A stretch of 64,000 nt of DNA from Dehalococcoidia bacterium. Lineage in GTDB: Bacteria > Chloroflexota > Dehalococcoidia > SM23-28-2. The number at the start of each line of letters is the position of its first letter. Positions within the stretch are counted from its first letter, which is position 1. The notes under the pieces were generated by a model that ran no database searches, had not been told where the DNA came from, and worked only from the letters and a program-made list of their open reading frames with translations. Position numbers and translations under genes: made by a program. This document shows, in pieces, positions 49,663 through 58,869 of the stretch. The DNA lies in the NCBI GenBank assembly GCA_020356025.1, contig CP070630.1:1729027-1793026 (forward strand), given 5' to 3'.

Positions 49663-50304
49663 CTAGATCCCCAGGAACTCATAGACGGTTGCCTCCTCCA
49701 AGCTATCCACCACCAGATCGGCGGCAGTCAGCGCCTCCCGAGCCCGACTGGTGGTCACGCCGATGCAGCGCATTCCCGCCCTCTTGGCGGCCTCCACCCC
49801 ACCCGGCGCGTCCTCGATCACCACGCACTCTCCCCCCGCCACGCCCAGCTTCTCCGCCGCCACCAGGAAACCCTGCGGGTCGGGCTTCCCCTTCGGCGCG
49901 TCCTCCTCGGCGACCACCGCCTCGAACGCGCTCTCAAGCCCCAGGGAACCGAGCACCACGCGCACGTTTTCGCGAGTGGTCGAGGAGACGATAGCCGACT
50001 TCCTGCCCCTTTGCTGAAGACGACGCAGCAGGCCCATCGCGCCGGGGATAGCCGTCACCCTCCCCTCCATCTTCTCCCGGTACAGCTCTTCCTTCCTTTG
50101 AGCCAACCGCTCGATTTCCGCCGGCGTAAGCTCGCCCAGGATGTCCGCCAGTATGGCATCGTTTCTCAGGCCGAAGGTGCGGCGGAAGTCGCCCTCAGCA
50201 AAGCCCTTGCCCAACGACCGGAATAGCTCCTGCCAGGCCTGGAAGTGAAACGGCGCCGTGTCCACCAGAACACCGTCCAGATCCCACAGAATGGCCTTCG
50301 TCAT
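49663..50304 (-). CDS. HAD-superfamily hydrolase (beta-phosphoglucomutase-like subfamily IA)
   Basis: MTKAILWDLDGVLVDT (DxDGT motif I). Downstream HAD motifs. ORF open to 50328. Confidence 0.8.
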   Translation of the reverse strand: MTKAILWDLDGVLVDTAPFHFQAWQELFRSLGKGFAEGDFRRTFGLRNDAILADILGELTPAEIERLAQRKEELYREKMEGRVTAIPGAMGLLRRLQQRGRKSAIVSSTTRENVRVVLGSLGLESAFEAVVAEEDAPKGKPDPQGFLVAAEKLGVAGGECVVIEDAPGGVEAAKRAGMRCIGVTTSRAREALTAADLVVDSLEEATVYEFLGI

Positions 50305-50480
50305 GCGCTCCTCCCCTGCGGGCATCACCGTGGGCGCCCAAGCTAGCCCTGAAATTGTACCAGGGGTGACGCCGCGACGCCCGCGCTCCTTGACGCAGGC
50401 CTGTGCCAGACGCTAGCATTCAGCAAGCCGCTCGTCTTGTCTGGCCCTACGAGCGCACTGTACCCGGGGAGAGAACGACG

Positions 50481-51728
50481 ATGAGCCCTGACCCAGCCGA
50501 CGAAAAACCACCGGAAGCCCCCCAGCAGCGACACTCCAACCGTGCTGGCGACAGGGAGCTTGCAGCCCACGCCCTGGAGCACGTTCGTCACCTCTCCGTG
50601 GACATCGGTCCCCGCGGCTCGACCACAACCGCTGAGGCGGCAGCAGCAGCCTACGCCTGGGGCGTGCTCGACAAGCTGGGCCTGTCGCCGCGGATGCAGC
50701 GCTTCACCAGCGGCACCTCCCAGTGGCGACCCTTCGCCCTCGCCATCACCCTCGCCCTGCTGGCCGTCGCCGTCTACCCTCTCGCCGGCCGCGCCACCGC
50801 CATCCTGGCCACCGTGCTGGCGGCCACGACTCTGCTCTCCGCCTACCTGGAGCTGAACCTCACCACCAACCCCGTTCGCTGGCTGCTGCCCAAACGACCC
50901 AGCCAGAACGTGTGGAGCGTCATCCCCGCCGCGGATACCCCCAGCCGGCGCCTGGTACTGATCGGCCATCTGGACACCCACCGAACCCCCTTCGTCTTCC
51001 GAACGCCGCTTCATCTCAAGGTCTTCCGGGTTCTGGTGGCGGCCGCCTTCGCCAGCATGGCTGCCCTCGTGATCCTGTACATCGCCGGCTCGATCCTCCA
51101 GAGCCCTATCATCTACATCATCTCGCTCGTCCCGGCCGCACTCTTGATCCTGGACCTGATCATGACCGTCCAGCCAGACATGACCCCCTACACAGCGGGA
51201 GCCAACGATAACGCCAGCGGCGCCGCCATCGTCCTTACCCTGGCCGAGCGGCTGAAGGACGAACCCCTGGCCAACACAGAGGTATGGACCGTCAACAGCG
51301 GCTGCGAAGAGGTTGGCTGCTATGGAGCCATCGCCTTCCTGCGGCAGCATCGAGAGGAGCTTAGAGACGCCTACTTCATCGCCCTCGACTCGGTGGCTGG
51401 GCCCGGCTCCGGCCCCTGCTACATCACCCGCGAGGGCATGACCAGACCCTATCGCTCCGACCCTGCCTTAGTGGCCCTGGCCGACCAGATCGCCGCCGAC
51501 CGACCGGAGCTGGGCGCCTACTCCAACGTGATGCCGCTGGGCTTCACCGAGGGCGCCATCGGTATCAAGAACGGCCTACCCAGCCTGACCTTCGTCAACC
51601 TGCGACCCGACAGCGTTCTCCCCTACTGGCATCGCCCGGACGACATCTTCGAGAACGTGGACGCAGATGTCCTCGCCCGCACGCAGGCCTTCCTGTGGGA
51701 GCTTCTTCAGCGCATCGACAGCAGGTAG
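50481..51728 (+). CDS. M28-family zinc peptidase with internal TM segments
   Basis: ANDNASGAAIVLTLAERL and EEVGCYGAIAF metal-ligand motifs of M28. GGGAGAG SD before ATG 50481. ORF open from 50403. Confidence 0.65.
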   Translation: MSPDPADEKPPEAPQQRHSNRAGDRELAAHALEHVRHLSVDIGPRGSTTTAEAAAAAYAWGVLDKLGLSPRMQRFTSGTSQWRPFALAITLALLAVAVYPLAGRATAILATVLAATTLLSAYLELNLTTNPVRWLLPKRPSQNVWSVIPAADTPSRRLVLIGHLDTHRTPFVFRTPLHLKVFRVLVAAAFASMAALVILYIAGSILQSPIIYIISLVPAALLILDLIMTVQPDMTPYTAGANDNASGAAIVLTLAERLKDEPLANTEVWTVNSGCEEVGCYGAIAFLRQHREELRDAYFIALDSVAGPGSGPCYITREGMTRPYRSDPALVALADQIAADRPELGAYSNVMPLGFTEGAIGIKNGLPSLTFVNLRPDSVLPYWHRPDDIFENVDADVLARTQAFLWELLQRIDSR

Positions 51729-51752
51729 AGCGCCCGCTCTCTAACCCAAGGG

Positions 51753-52622
51753 CTATTCCGCTGCCTTTGCTCGGCGGCGCTGCTCAAGGAGAAAGGCTAT
51801 GATGGGCGCTGGCTCGGAGGCTTGCCACTCCCGCCTCCAGCGCTCCCAGTCTGGCCACTCGTAGGGCAGGTGCTCCACCGAGTTCGGCTGGCGAGCATCC
51901 CGCAGGACACGCAGCGCGTCGCGGATAACCTTCATCTGCTCCTCGCGCTCGCCGGCATGGCCCAGCGTATGGCCGAAGGGGAATTCCACGCCCACTATGC
52001 GGGGAACGCCGACGCGCTCGGCCAGATCAGGCACCATCGTGACCATAACGGTGCTGATACCAGCGGCCTCGATGACACGTGCCAGCACGGGCACGTTCAG
52101 GCAGCAGTCCGGTCAGGTGGGAGCGAGAAGAACACCATCCACTCCCTCCTCCTTCATGCGAGCGGCCACCTCGGGTCCGTAGCGGTTCTCCCACTCGCTG
52201 ATCTTGGGCGGGTTCCCCTGGTAGCCCATGAAGGAGTAGGAGGTAGGAGCCAGGGAGCCAACCTCTCCCGCTGCCTCCAGCTCCAGAAAGCGATGCACGG
52301 GCAGGACGATGTTGACGTCCGCCTCCAGATCGGTGCTGTTGATGTGGAGGTGAGCGACGCCGATCTCCTCCTGCTTAACCTCGCGGGCGATGGCGCGATA
52401 AGTGGGGTCACCCCAGAAGGGGTTCTTCCGCTCTCCGTCCAGGTCGAAGGGCTCCTGCTTGTCCTTCAGATAGAGGCCAGCGCTCGTGACCAGTGAGAAG
52501 CGACACTCCTCAATGGGTTTGGCGAGGGGCGTCCAGGGGATAGGCTCCGCCTTCTCGATGGGGAGCGCCTTGTAGTAGCTAGCGAGGCTTCCCGGCACCC
52601 ACTTGTAGCTATCGATGGCCAT
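51753..52622 (-). CDS. PrdB/GrdB-family reductase selenoprotein (in-frame UGA = Sec at 52113-52115)
   Basis: Two track ORFs (52113-52622 and 51753-52094) are contiguous in frame: ..EEGVDGVLLAPT-UGA-PDCCLNVPVLARVIEAAGISTVMV.. This is the T-U-x-x-C arrangement of glycine/D-proline reductase B selenoproteins. Size (about 283 aa, Sec about 170) fits PrdB. Perfect hairpin 17 nt downstream. Confidence 0.65.
52077..52096 (-). promoter_or_regulatory. Candidate SECIS hairpin for the PrdB-like selenoprotein
   Basis: mRNA ACGUGCC-CGUGCU-GGCACGU is a perfect 7-bp stem with a 6-nt loop containing GU, beginning about 17 nt 3' of the UGA. Confidence 0.5.
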
Positions 52623-52737
52623 CTCCTACCTCCCGTCTTGAGTGAGCGATCTGCAAATCTATTCACTTGGCCGCCTTGGGAAATGATCCGCCACGATAAC
52701 GCCTATGTCAAACATCCCTTGGGACACCGCTCATCCT

Positions 52738-52795
52738 GAGCTTGCCGCCCGCTCATGGTGAGCCTGCCGCCCGCTCAACTGGCGCCACCTCAGTC
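52738..52795. repeat. Dispersed GC-rich mini-repeat copy 4 (variant, tandemised)
   Basis: CCGCTCATCCTGAGCTTGCCGCCCGCTCATGGTGAGCCTGCCGCCCGCTCAACTGG. Confidence 0.6.
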
Positions 52796-52892
52796 GATCT
52801 TGGCTCTTGCCAGGAGGCTCGCGATGCGCAAAAATAGGGTTGCTCTTCACTAAAAGGCTGCGGCGAGTCGCCGCTGAGAAAGGAGCGTGGCG

Positions 52893-54692
52893 ATGGACCT
52901 GGGTGGATACGTTGATCACGTGGCGCGAATCGACCTAACCACCGGCGATATCAAGTATGAAGGCCTCAACGAGGAGAACGTCCGCAAGTACATCGGCGGC
53001 CGTGGTCTCGGCGTCAAGTACGTCTTCGACAACGGTCCAAAGGTCGACCCCTTGTCGCCGGACAACATCATCTGCTTCCTGGTCGGCCCTCTGACCGGCA
53101 CGGATGTTAGCATGAGCGGTCGGATGGCTGTGGTGACCAAATCGCCGCTGACTGGCACCGTCACCGACTCTCACCACGGCGGCTGGTCAGGCGCTCGCCT
53201 GAAGTGGGCTGGCTTCGATGGCCTGATCTTCAAGGGCAAAGCTGAGCAGCCCACCTATGCCTACATCGAGGCAGGCAAGGTCGAACTGAAAGACGCCAGC
53301 GACCTCTGGGGCAAGGGTGCCCACGAAACCATCAAAATCCTCCAGAAGCGCCACGGCAAGGACGTGAGCGTGGTGACCCTCGGCCAGGCCGGCGAGAACC
53401 TGGTGCGCTACGCCTGCTGGATGAACGAGAACGACCGCGCCTCTGGCCGCGGCGGCACCGGTGCCGTAGGCGGCAGCAAGAACCTGAAGGCCCTCGTCAT
53501 CAAGGCGGCCAAGAAGTTGCCCAAGCCCAAGGATCGGGAAGCCTTCAAGCAGGCCCACAAGGATGCCCTAAAGGCCATCAACGAGAACGACACTCTAGCG
53601 CCCCGGAAGGGTGGATTGTCGGTATACGGCACCAACAGCCTTATGATGGCGGCCAATACCATCGGCGCCCTGCCAGCCAAGAACGCCCAGTTCACCAGCT
53701 TTGAAAACGCCTTCAACATCAGCGGCCACCACATTAAGGAGACCATCCTGGTCGGCGACCCCACCTGTCACGCCTGCCCCGTCGCCTGCAAGAAGGAGGT
53801 CGAGACCGAGCCCGGCAAGTTCCATGTACGCATGGAGAGCGTCGAGTACGAGTCCGCCTGGGCTTTCGGTGCTCAGTGCGACAACGACAATCGCGACTCC
53901 ATTCCCTTCCTCATCGACCTGTGTAACGACTACGGCATCGACACCATCGACATGGGCAACGTGCTGGCCATGACTATGGAAGCCAGCGAGAAGGAGTTGA
54001 TCAGGGAGCGCGTGGGCTGGGGCGACGTCGACAAGATGGTGGAGCTCGTGCACAAGATAGCCAAGCGGGAGGGCATCGGCGACATCTTGGCCAACGGCAT
54101 CGAGCCGGCGGCCAAGGCCTTCGGCGACCCCAGCATTGCCATGTCGGTCAAGGGCCAGGCTATCCCCGCCTACGACCCGCGCGGCATGAAGGGAATGGGA
54201 GTGGGCTACGCCACAAGCAATCGCGGCGCCTGCCACCTCCGAGGCTACACCCCCGCCAGCGAGGTCGTCGGCGTGCCGGAGAAGACCGACCCCCTGGCCT
54301 GGAAAGGCAAGGGCAAGCTGCTCAAGCTCTTCCAGGACTTCCAGGCTCTATCCGACTCCCTCGGCGTCTGCAAGTTCTCCACCTTCGCCGAGAATCCGGA
54401 CCACTACGCCGCCCAGTACGCGGCCGTCGTGGGCGTGCCGATGGACGCCAACGCCATTCTCACCATCGGCGAGCGCATCTACAACCTGGAGCGCCACTAC
54501 AACAACCTGGCCGGTTTCGGTGAAGGCTCCGACACTCTGCCCGCCCGCTTCCTCAACGAACCCTCCCAGAGTGAACCCTCTCAGGGCCACATCTGCGAGC
54601 TGGACCAGATGCTCGAGGAGTACTACGCGGAGCGCGGCTGGGTGAAAGGCGTCGTACCCGAGAAGAAGCTGAAGGCCCTGCAGATCATCTAG
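52893..54692 (+). CDS. aor: Aldehyde:ferredoxin oxidoreductase family (tungsten/molybdopterin AOR)
   Basis: AAGGAG SD 7 nt before ATG 52893. N-terminal DLTTGDIKYEGLNEENVRKYIGGRGLGVKYVF and AOR_N/AOR_C features. Cys motifs for the [4Fe-4S] cluster. Confidence 0.85.
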   Translation: MDLGGYVDHVARIDLTTGDIKYEGLNEENVRKYIGGRGLGVKYVFDNGPKVDPLSPDNIICFLVGPLTGTDVSMSGRMAVVTKSPLTGTVTDSHHGGWSGARLKWAGFDGLIFKGKAEQPTYAYIEAGKVELKDASDLWGKGAHETIKILQKRHGKDVSVVTLGQAGENLVRYACWMNENDRASGRGGTGAVGGSKNLKALVIKAAKKLPKPKDREAFKQAHKDALKAINENDTLAPRKGGLSVYGTNSLMMAANTIGALPAKNAQFTSFENAFNISGHHIKETILVGDPTCHACPVACKKEVETEPGKFHVRMESVEYESAWAFGAQCDNDNRDSIPFLIDLCNDYGIDTIDMGNVLAMTMEASEKELIRERVGWGDVDKMVELVHKIAKREGIGDILANGIEPAAKAFGDPSIAMSVKGQAIPAYDPRGMKGMGVGYATSNRGACHLRGYTPASEVVGVPEKTDPLAWKGKGKLLKLFQDFQALSDSLGVCKFSTFAENPDHYAAQYAAVVGVPMDANAILTIGERIYNLERHYNNLAGFGEGSDTLPARFLNEPSQSEPSQGHICELDQMLEEYYAERGWVKGVVPEKKLKALQII

Positions 54693-54699
54693 AGGGTAG

Positions 54700-55002
54700 G
54701 TGAAGCTTACGTCTAACGTCACGGTAGTTCGGCTGCATGCCTCCTTGAGAGAGCTGGCCGGTCAGAGGGACATCGAGGTGACCCTCCCGGATGGTGCTAT
54801 CGTCCGCGATGTCCTCAACCGGCTGGTGGAGCTACGGCCCGTCCTCGCGGACCGCCTGCTGGACGAGGACGGCAACATTCCCCCATGCATCAACGTGTTC
54901 GTGAACGGGAGGGACATCCGTGACCTCAGCGGGCCGGACAGCCCTGTGATGCCAGACGACGAGCTGACCATCCTCCCTCCCGCTGCAGGAGGCAGGGCGT
55001 AG
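54700..55002 (+). CDS. MoaD/ThiS-like small sulfur-carrier protein (C-terminal ..AAGG then 2 extra residues)
   Basis: About 100 aa beta-grasp-like. ..DELTILPPAAGGRA ends near a Gly-Gly. Immediately downstream of AOR, as often seen. Confidence 0.5.
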   Translation: MKLTSNVTVVRLHASLRELAGQRDIEVTLPDGAIVRDVLNRLVELRPVLADRLLDEDGNIPPCINVFVNGRDIRDLSGPDSPVMPDDELTILPPAAGGRA

Positions 55003-55025
55003 CCATTTGCTCAGTCGGTGCTGGC

Positions 55026-55451
55026 TCAGGAATCGGGCCAGTGCCCTTCGAAGAGTTGGATCAGTAGGCCGCCACTATCCCTGGGGTGGATGAAGAGCTC
55101 CTTCCAGGTGGAGCCGGTTCTCACTCCACCGAACGGCTCGATGCCGCGGCGACGCAGAATCTCTGCCGCCTTTTCCACGTCCTCCACCTGAAACGTCACG
55201 TGATGAAGGCCAGGCCCTCGCTGTTTCAGGAAGCGAGTCAAGAAGCTATCGTCAGAGGTTGGCTGCACTACCTCCCATTGGACGTTACCGCCCGGCACGT
55301 CGAGGGTAACGCCGGCGTATTTCTCCTCCTCGCTACGCCAGCGACCCACCACCTTCATACCCAAGAACTCGGTGAGCAAAGGTAGATACTCCTCGACGTT
55401 CCGAACCGCCATGGCAACGTGATCAAGCCTCTTGATTCCCAGCGACCGCAA
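55026..55451 (-). CDS. VOC-family (glyoxalase/bleomycin-resistance/methylmalonyl-CoA-epimerase-like) protein
   Basis: RLDHVAMAVRNVEE...GLHHVTFQVEDVEKA paired beta-alpha-beta-beta-beta modules. Confidence 0.7.
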   Translation of the reverse strand: MRSLGIKRLDHVAMAVRNVEEYLPLLTEFLGMKVVGRWRSEEEKYAGVTLDVPGGNVQWEVVQPTSDDSFLTRFLKQRGPGLHHVTFQVEDVEKAAEILRRRGIEPFGGVRTGSTWKELFIHPRDSGGLLIQLFEGHWPDS

Positions 55452-55455
55452 GGTT

Positions 55456-56430
55456 CTATGCTCCTCCCTTGCTAGCCGCCGAGGCCGACTCTCTGCGAAC
55501 GCTCATTCCGAAAATGGCCTTCACCACCCGCAGGGCGCTCAGAGTAATCCATTTGTTGGGCTGACCGTTCTTGCCCACATCGACGATGCGGCCGCCAGCC
55601 CGTTTCACCCAGCGGCCCTTTTCATCCTGCATCGAGAGGACGATCTCGGCGTAGGCCCTGAAGCGTGAATCCTTCCCGTAGCCAAGCTTGGCCAGCACCA
55701 CCAGCATGTCCAAGAGATCGCTTTGGTACTGATAGGGAAACCCAAAGCTGAGCCAGCGTTTCTCCCTGCCCTGGAAGTCGAATGGATAATCCAGCAATTG
55801 GCTGGCCAGGCTGTCAATGGCTGCTCTCACCCTGGACGACGGCTCGGCCCCGGGTATCTCAGCGAAGGCCGAGAGCATCTTGACCATCCCCCACTGGCAG
55901 AGCTTTCTGTCATTCATAACACAGTCCAGAAAAGTGGGCTCCTCCGCCGTCCTTACCAGATTATCGATGGCCCTGTCCAAGCGCGGGTCCCCCAAGAAGT
56001 CGAAGCGCAGCAAAGAGCGCGCCAAGTAGCCAGTTAAGCAGTAGGCAGACCGCTGCTTGACCTCGATGGAAAAACCGTCGTCTCCTGCGCTCTGGCTGTG
56101 CTGAAAAAGATACTCGGCGGCCTTGTCAATCCCCTCGTTGCGCTCCAAGCCCACATCTGCCAGCAGGGTGAAATAGCCGCTGGTGCGTCGGGCTCCGTAG
56201 GGCTTATCGATCCTGTCGCCCCAGTATCCCTCTGGCGCCTGGAGAGCGAGCGTCTGCCTCACCAACTCCCACTCAGCGATAGCCTTGCGAGCCCTTTTGA
56301 CCTCTGGGCTATCCTGGGATTCGCCCAAGATATCGGTGAGGGTGAAGTAACGGACGGAGGGATTCTCCTCCTCCAGGAGCCAATCGATGGGGTTGCCTTT
56401 CAGAAACCGAGACCAGCTTCGCTTGCTCAT
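55456..56430 (-). CDS. Hypothetical protein, possibly alpha/alpha-toroid (prenyltransferase/terpene-cyclase-like repeat) fold
   Basis: QDEKGRW and related Q..DGGW-like segments. Lower GC than surroundings. Weak assignment. Confidence 0.3.
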   Translation of the reverse strand: MSKRSWSRFLKGNPIDWLLEEENPSVRYFTLTDILGESQDSPEVKRARKAIAEWELVRQTLALQAPEGYWGDRIDKPYGARRTSGYFTLLADVGLERNEGIDKAAEYLFQHSQSAGDDGFSIEVKQRSAYCLTGYLARSLLRFDFLGDPRLDRAIDNLVRTAEEPTFLDCVMNDRKLCQWGMVKMLSAFAEIPGAEPSSRVRAAIDSLASQLLDYPFDFQGREKRWLSFGFPYQYQSDLLDMLVVLAKLGYGKDSRFRAYAEIVLSMQDEKGRWVKRAGGRIVDVGKNGQPNKWITLSALRVVKAIFGMSVRRESASAASKGGA

Positions 56431-56530
56431 TTGCTTGTCCAGATTCGGTCAGGGAAATGAATCTCTTGCAGCGTAGCAATGGCGGAGCGCCAGCGTCAAC
56501 GGACGAAGGCGGCAGGATCGTCCCCCGCGG

Positions 56531-57941
56531 CTAGTCCAGCGGCGGCCGACGCAGGTGCCACTCGGTGGCCTGCTCGTACGCGTGAGCGACCCTGAGAACG
56601 GTCTCCTCGTCGAACCGCCGACCGACGATCTGCAGCCCCACCGGTAGCCCCTGCCCGTCGAAGCCGCAGGGCAGGGAGATGGCCGGCTGGCCGGTCAGGT
56701 TGAAGGGGCATGTGAATCGGTGGAAGTGCACCTCGCGACCGCGCGCAGCCAACTCATCCTCGATCTTGGTGGCGCTGAAAGCAGTGGTCGGCGTCACCAG
56801 CACGTCGATCTTCGCGTACTGCGCTTCCACCTCCGCCCGAAGCTGCTGCTGGCTTTCCAGGCCCCCCAGATAGTCCACCGCCCGTAGCTGCAACCCCAGT
56901 TGCAGCCGTAATCGCACCTGCTCGCTGAAGTCGCCCGGCCGCTCCTCCATGTTCCGTCGGTGGAACGCCGCCGCCTCCGGCCCCGCCACCGCCAGCCAGA
57001 TGGCAGCGGCCTCCTGCAGCCTGGGAATCTCCACGTCAACCAGCGAGGCGCCCAGGCCCTCCAGCGTCTTCAGAGCCGCCCGGAAGCTTGTCTCCACGTC
57101 CTCGTCCCCGCCCGAGAGCACGTCCTTCTCGGGCACGCCGACCCGCAGCCCTCGCACCTCGCCGCTCAGAGCCGCCAGGTAGTCCGGCACGGGCACGTCC
57201 TCGGTCGTGGGGTCATCTGGATCGAACCCCGCGATGGCCTGCAGCACCAGCGCGGCGTCCTCCACCGTGCGAGTCATGGGCCCAGCGTGGTCCAGCGTGT
57301 CGCTCAGAGGGACCACGCCGTGCCTGCTCACCCGGCCGAAGGTCGGCTTGAGCCCGACGATGCCACACATAGAGGCCGGCATGCGGATAGACCCTCCCGT
57401 GTCCGACCCCAGCGAGCCCAGGCAGAGTGAGGCGGCCAGCGCCGCGCCTGCCCCGCCGCTGGAGCCGCCCGTGACTCTGTCCAGCGCCCAGGGATTGTGA
57501 GTTGGCCCGAAATGGGAGACCACGCTCGTTCCTCCAAAGGCCCACTCGTGCATGTTGAGCTTGCCCAGCAACACCACTCCCTGCTCCCGCAGCCGGCGGA
57601 TGCAGGTGGCATCCTCCGCCGGAACGTAGTCGGCTAGTATCTTCGATCCGGCAGTCGTGCGAATGCCCTTGGTCTCGTAGAGGTCCTTGATGGCAAAGGG
57701 CATGCCGTCCAGCGGCCCCAGCCGCTTTCCGCGGCCGAGTCGTTCCTCCGCCGCTTTGGCCTCGGCCACCGCCAGCTCCGGCAGGAGCGTGACGAAAGCG
57801 TTCAGCTTCGCCTCCAGCGCTTCGACGCGCTCCAGGCAGGCCCGCGTGAGCTCCACGGGCGACAACTCGCCCGCCTCGAACAAGCGCGCGGCCTCAGCGA
57901 TGGTGAGCTGGATGAGCTGGTCAGCCTTCATGATGTGGTGG
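56531..57941 (-). CDS. Amidase signature family amidase (second copy)
   Basis: GGSSGGAGAALAASLCLGSLGSDTGGSIRMPASMCGIVGLKPTFGRVS. GGAAGGAGG SD before ATG at 57941. ORF open to 58159. Confidence 0.8.
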
Positions 57942-58121
57942 GCCTCCTTCCCTTGAGGTTCCTGCCTCAGTCGTATCTCCATATATCCCGCCCCTAGCCA
58001 GCTTGTCAACCACCCCGGCCCAGCCCCTTGTGCCACAGATGCTGGGCCAATAAACTTGATTGGGACATCTGTCCGGTCTTTCAGACCGTCAGCACTGCGA
58101 GAGGAGGAGGACATCGCCGCA

Positions 58122-58856
58122 ATGGCCAATCTCATCATCGAGGCCACCGATGTGGTCAAGACCTACGACACCGGCTATTCCGAAGTGCCGGCCCTGAAAG
58201 GCGTCTCCCTCTCGGTCGAGCGCGGCGAGATGGTGGCCATCATGGGCCCTTCCGGCTGCGGCAAGACCACCCTCCTCAACTGCCTCAGCGGCCTCGACGA
58301 CATCGACAGCGGCCGCGTCACCGTCGATGGAACCGACATCAACCGTCTGTCCGACAACGCCAAGACCGAGTACCGCGCCCGCAACATGGGCTTCGTCTTC
58401 CAGGTCTATGACCTCCTGCCCATCCTCTCAGCCGTGGAAAACGTGGAGCTGCCCATGTTGGTCTCGGGCACCCCAGCCAAACGCGCCCGGGAGGCCGCTA
58501 TGCGCGCCCTGGACTTCGTCCATCTCGCCGAGCGCGCCGGCCACAGACCGGCCGAGCTCTCCGGAGGCGAACGCCAGCGAGTGGCCGTCGCCCGTTCCCT
58601 GGTGAACGATCCGGCCATCGTCTGGGCCGACGAGCCCACCGGCGCCCTCGATAGCACCAACGCCGAACAGATCATGAACCTGCTGCGCGAGCTGAACGAA
58701 GCCAGCAGCCAGACCTTTGTTGTAGTCACCCACGACCCCAAGATGGCTGGCTACGCTCAGCGCATCGTCTACATGGTCGATGGCCTGATAGTGGACGAGA
58801 AGCGCACCGGCCACGCCAAGGAGCCCTCCCAGACAGTCCCGGCCGAAGAAGCCTAG
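58122..58856 (+). CDS. ABC transporter ATP-binding protein (MacB/LolD type)
   Basis: Walker [24 protein letters not shown], Walker [15 protein letters not shown] open from 58056. Confidence 0.9.
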   Translation: MANLIIEATDVVKTYDTGYSEVPALKGVSLSVERGEMVAIMGPSGCGKTTLLNCLSGLDDIDSGRVTVDGTDINRLSDNAKTEYRARNMGFVFQVYDLLPILSAVENVELPMLVSGTPAKRAREAAMRALDFVHLAERAGHRPAELSGGERQRVAVARSLVNDPAIVWADEPTGALDSTNAEQIMNLLRELNEASSQTFVVVTHDPKMAGYAQRIVYMVDGLIVDEKRTGHAKEPSQTVPAEEA

Positions 58857-58869
58857 ATAGAGATCGCTG

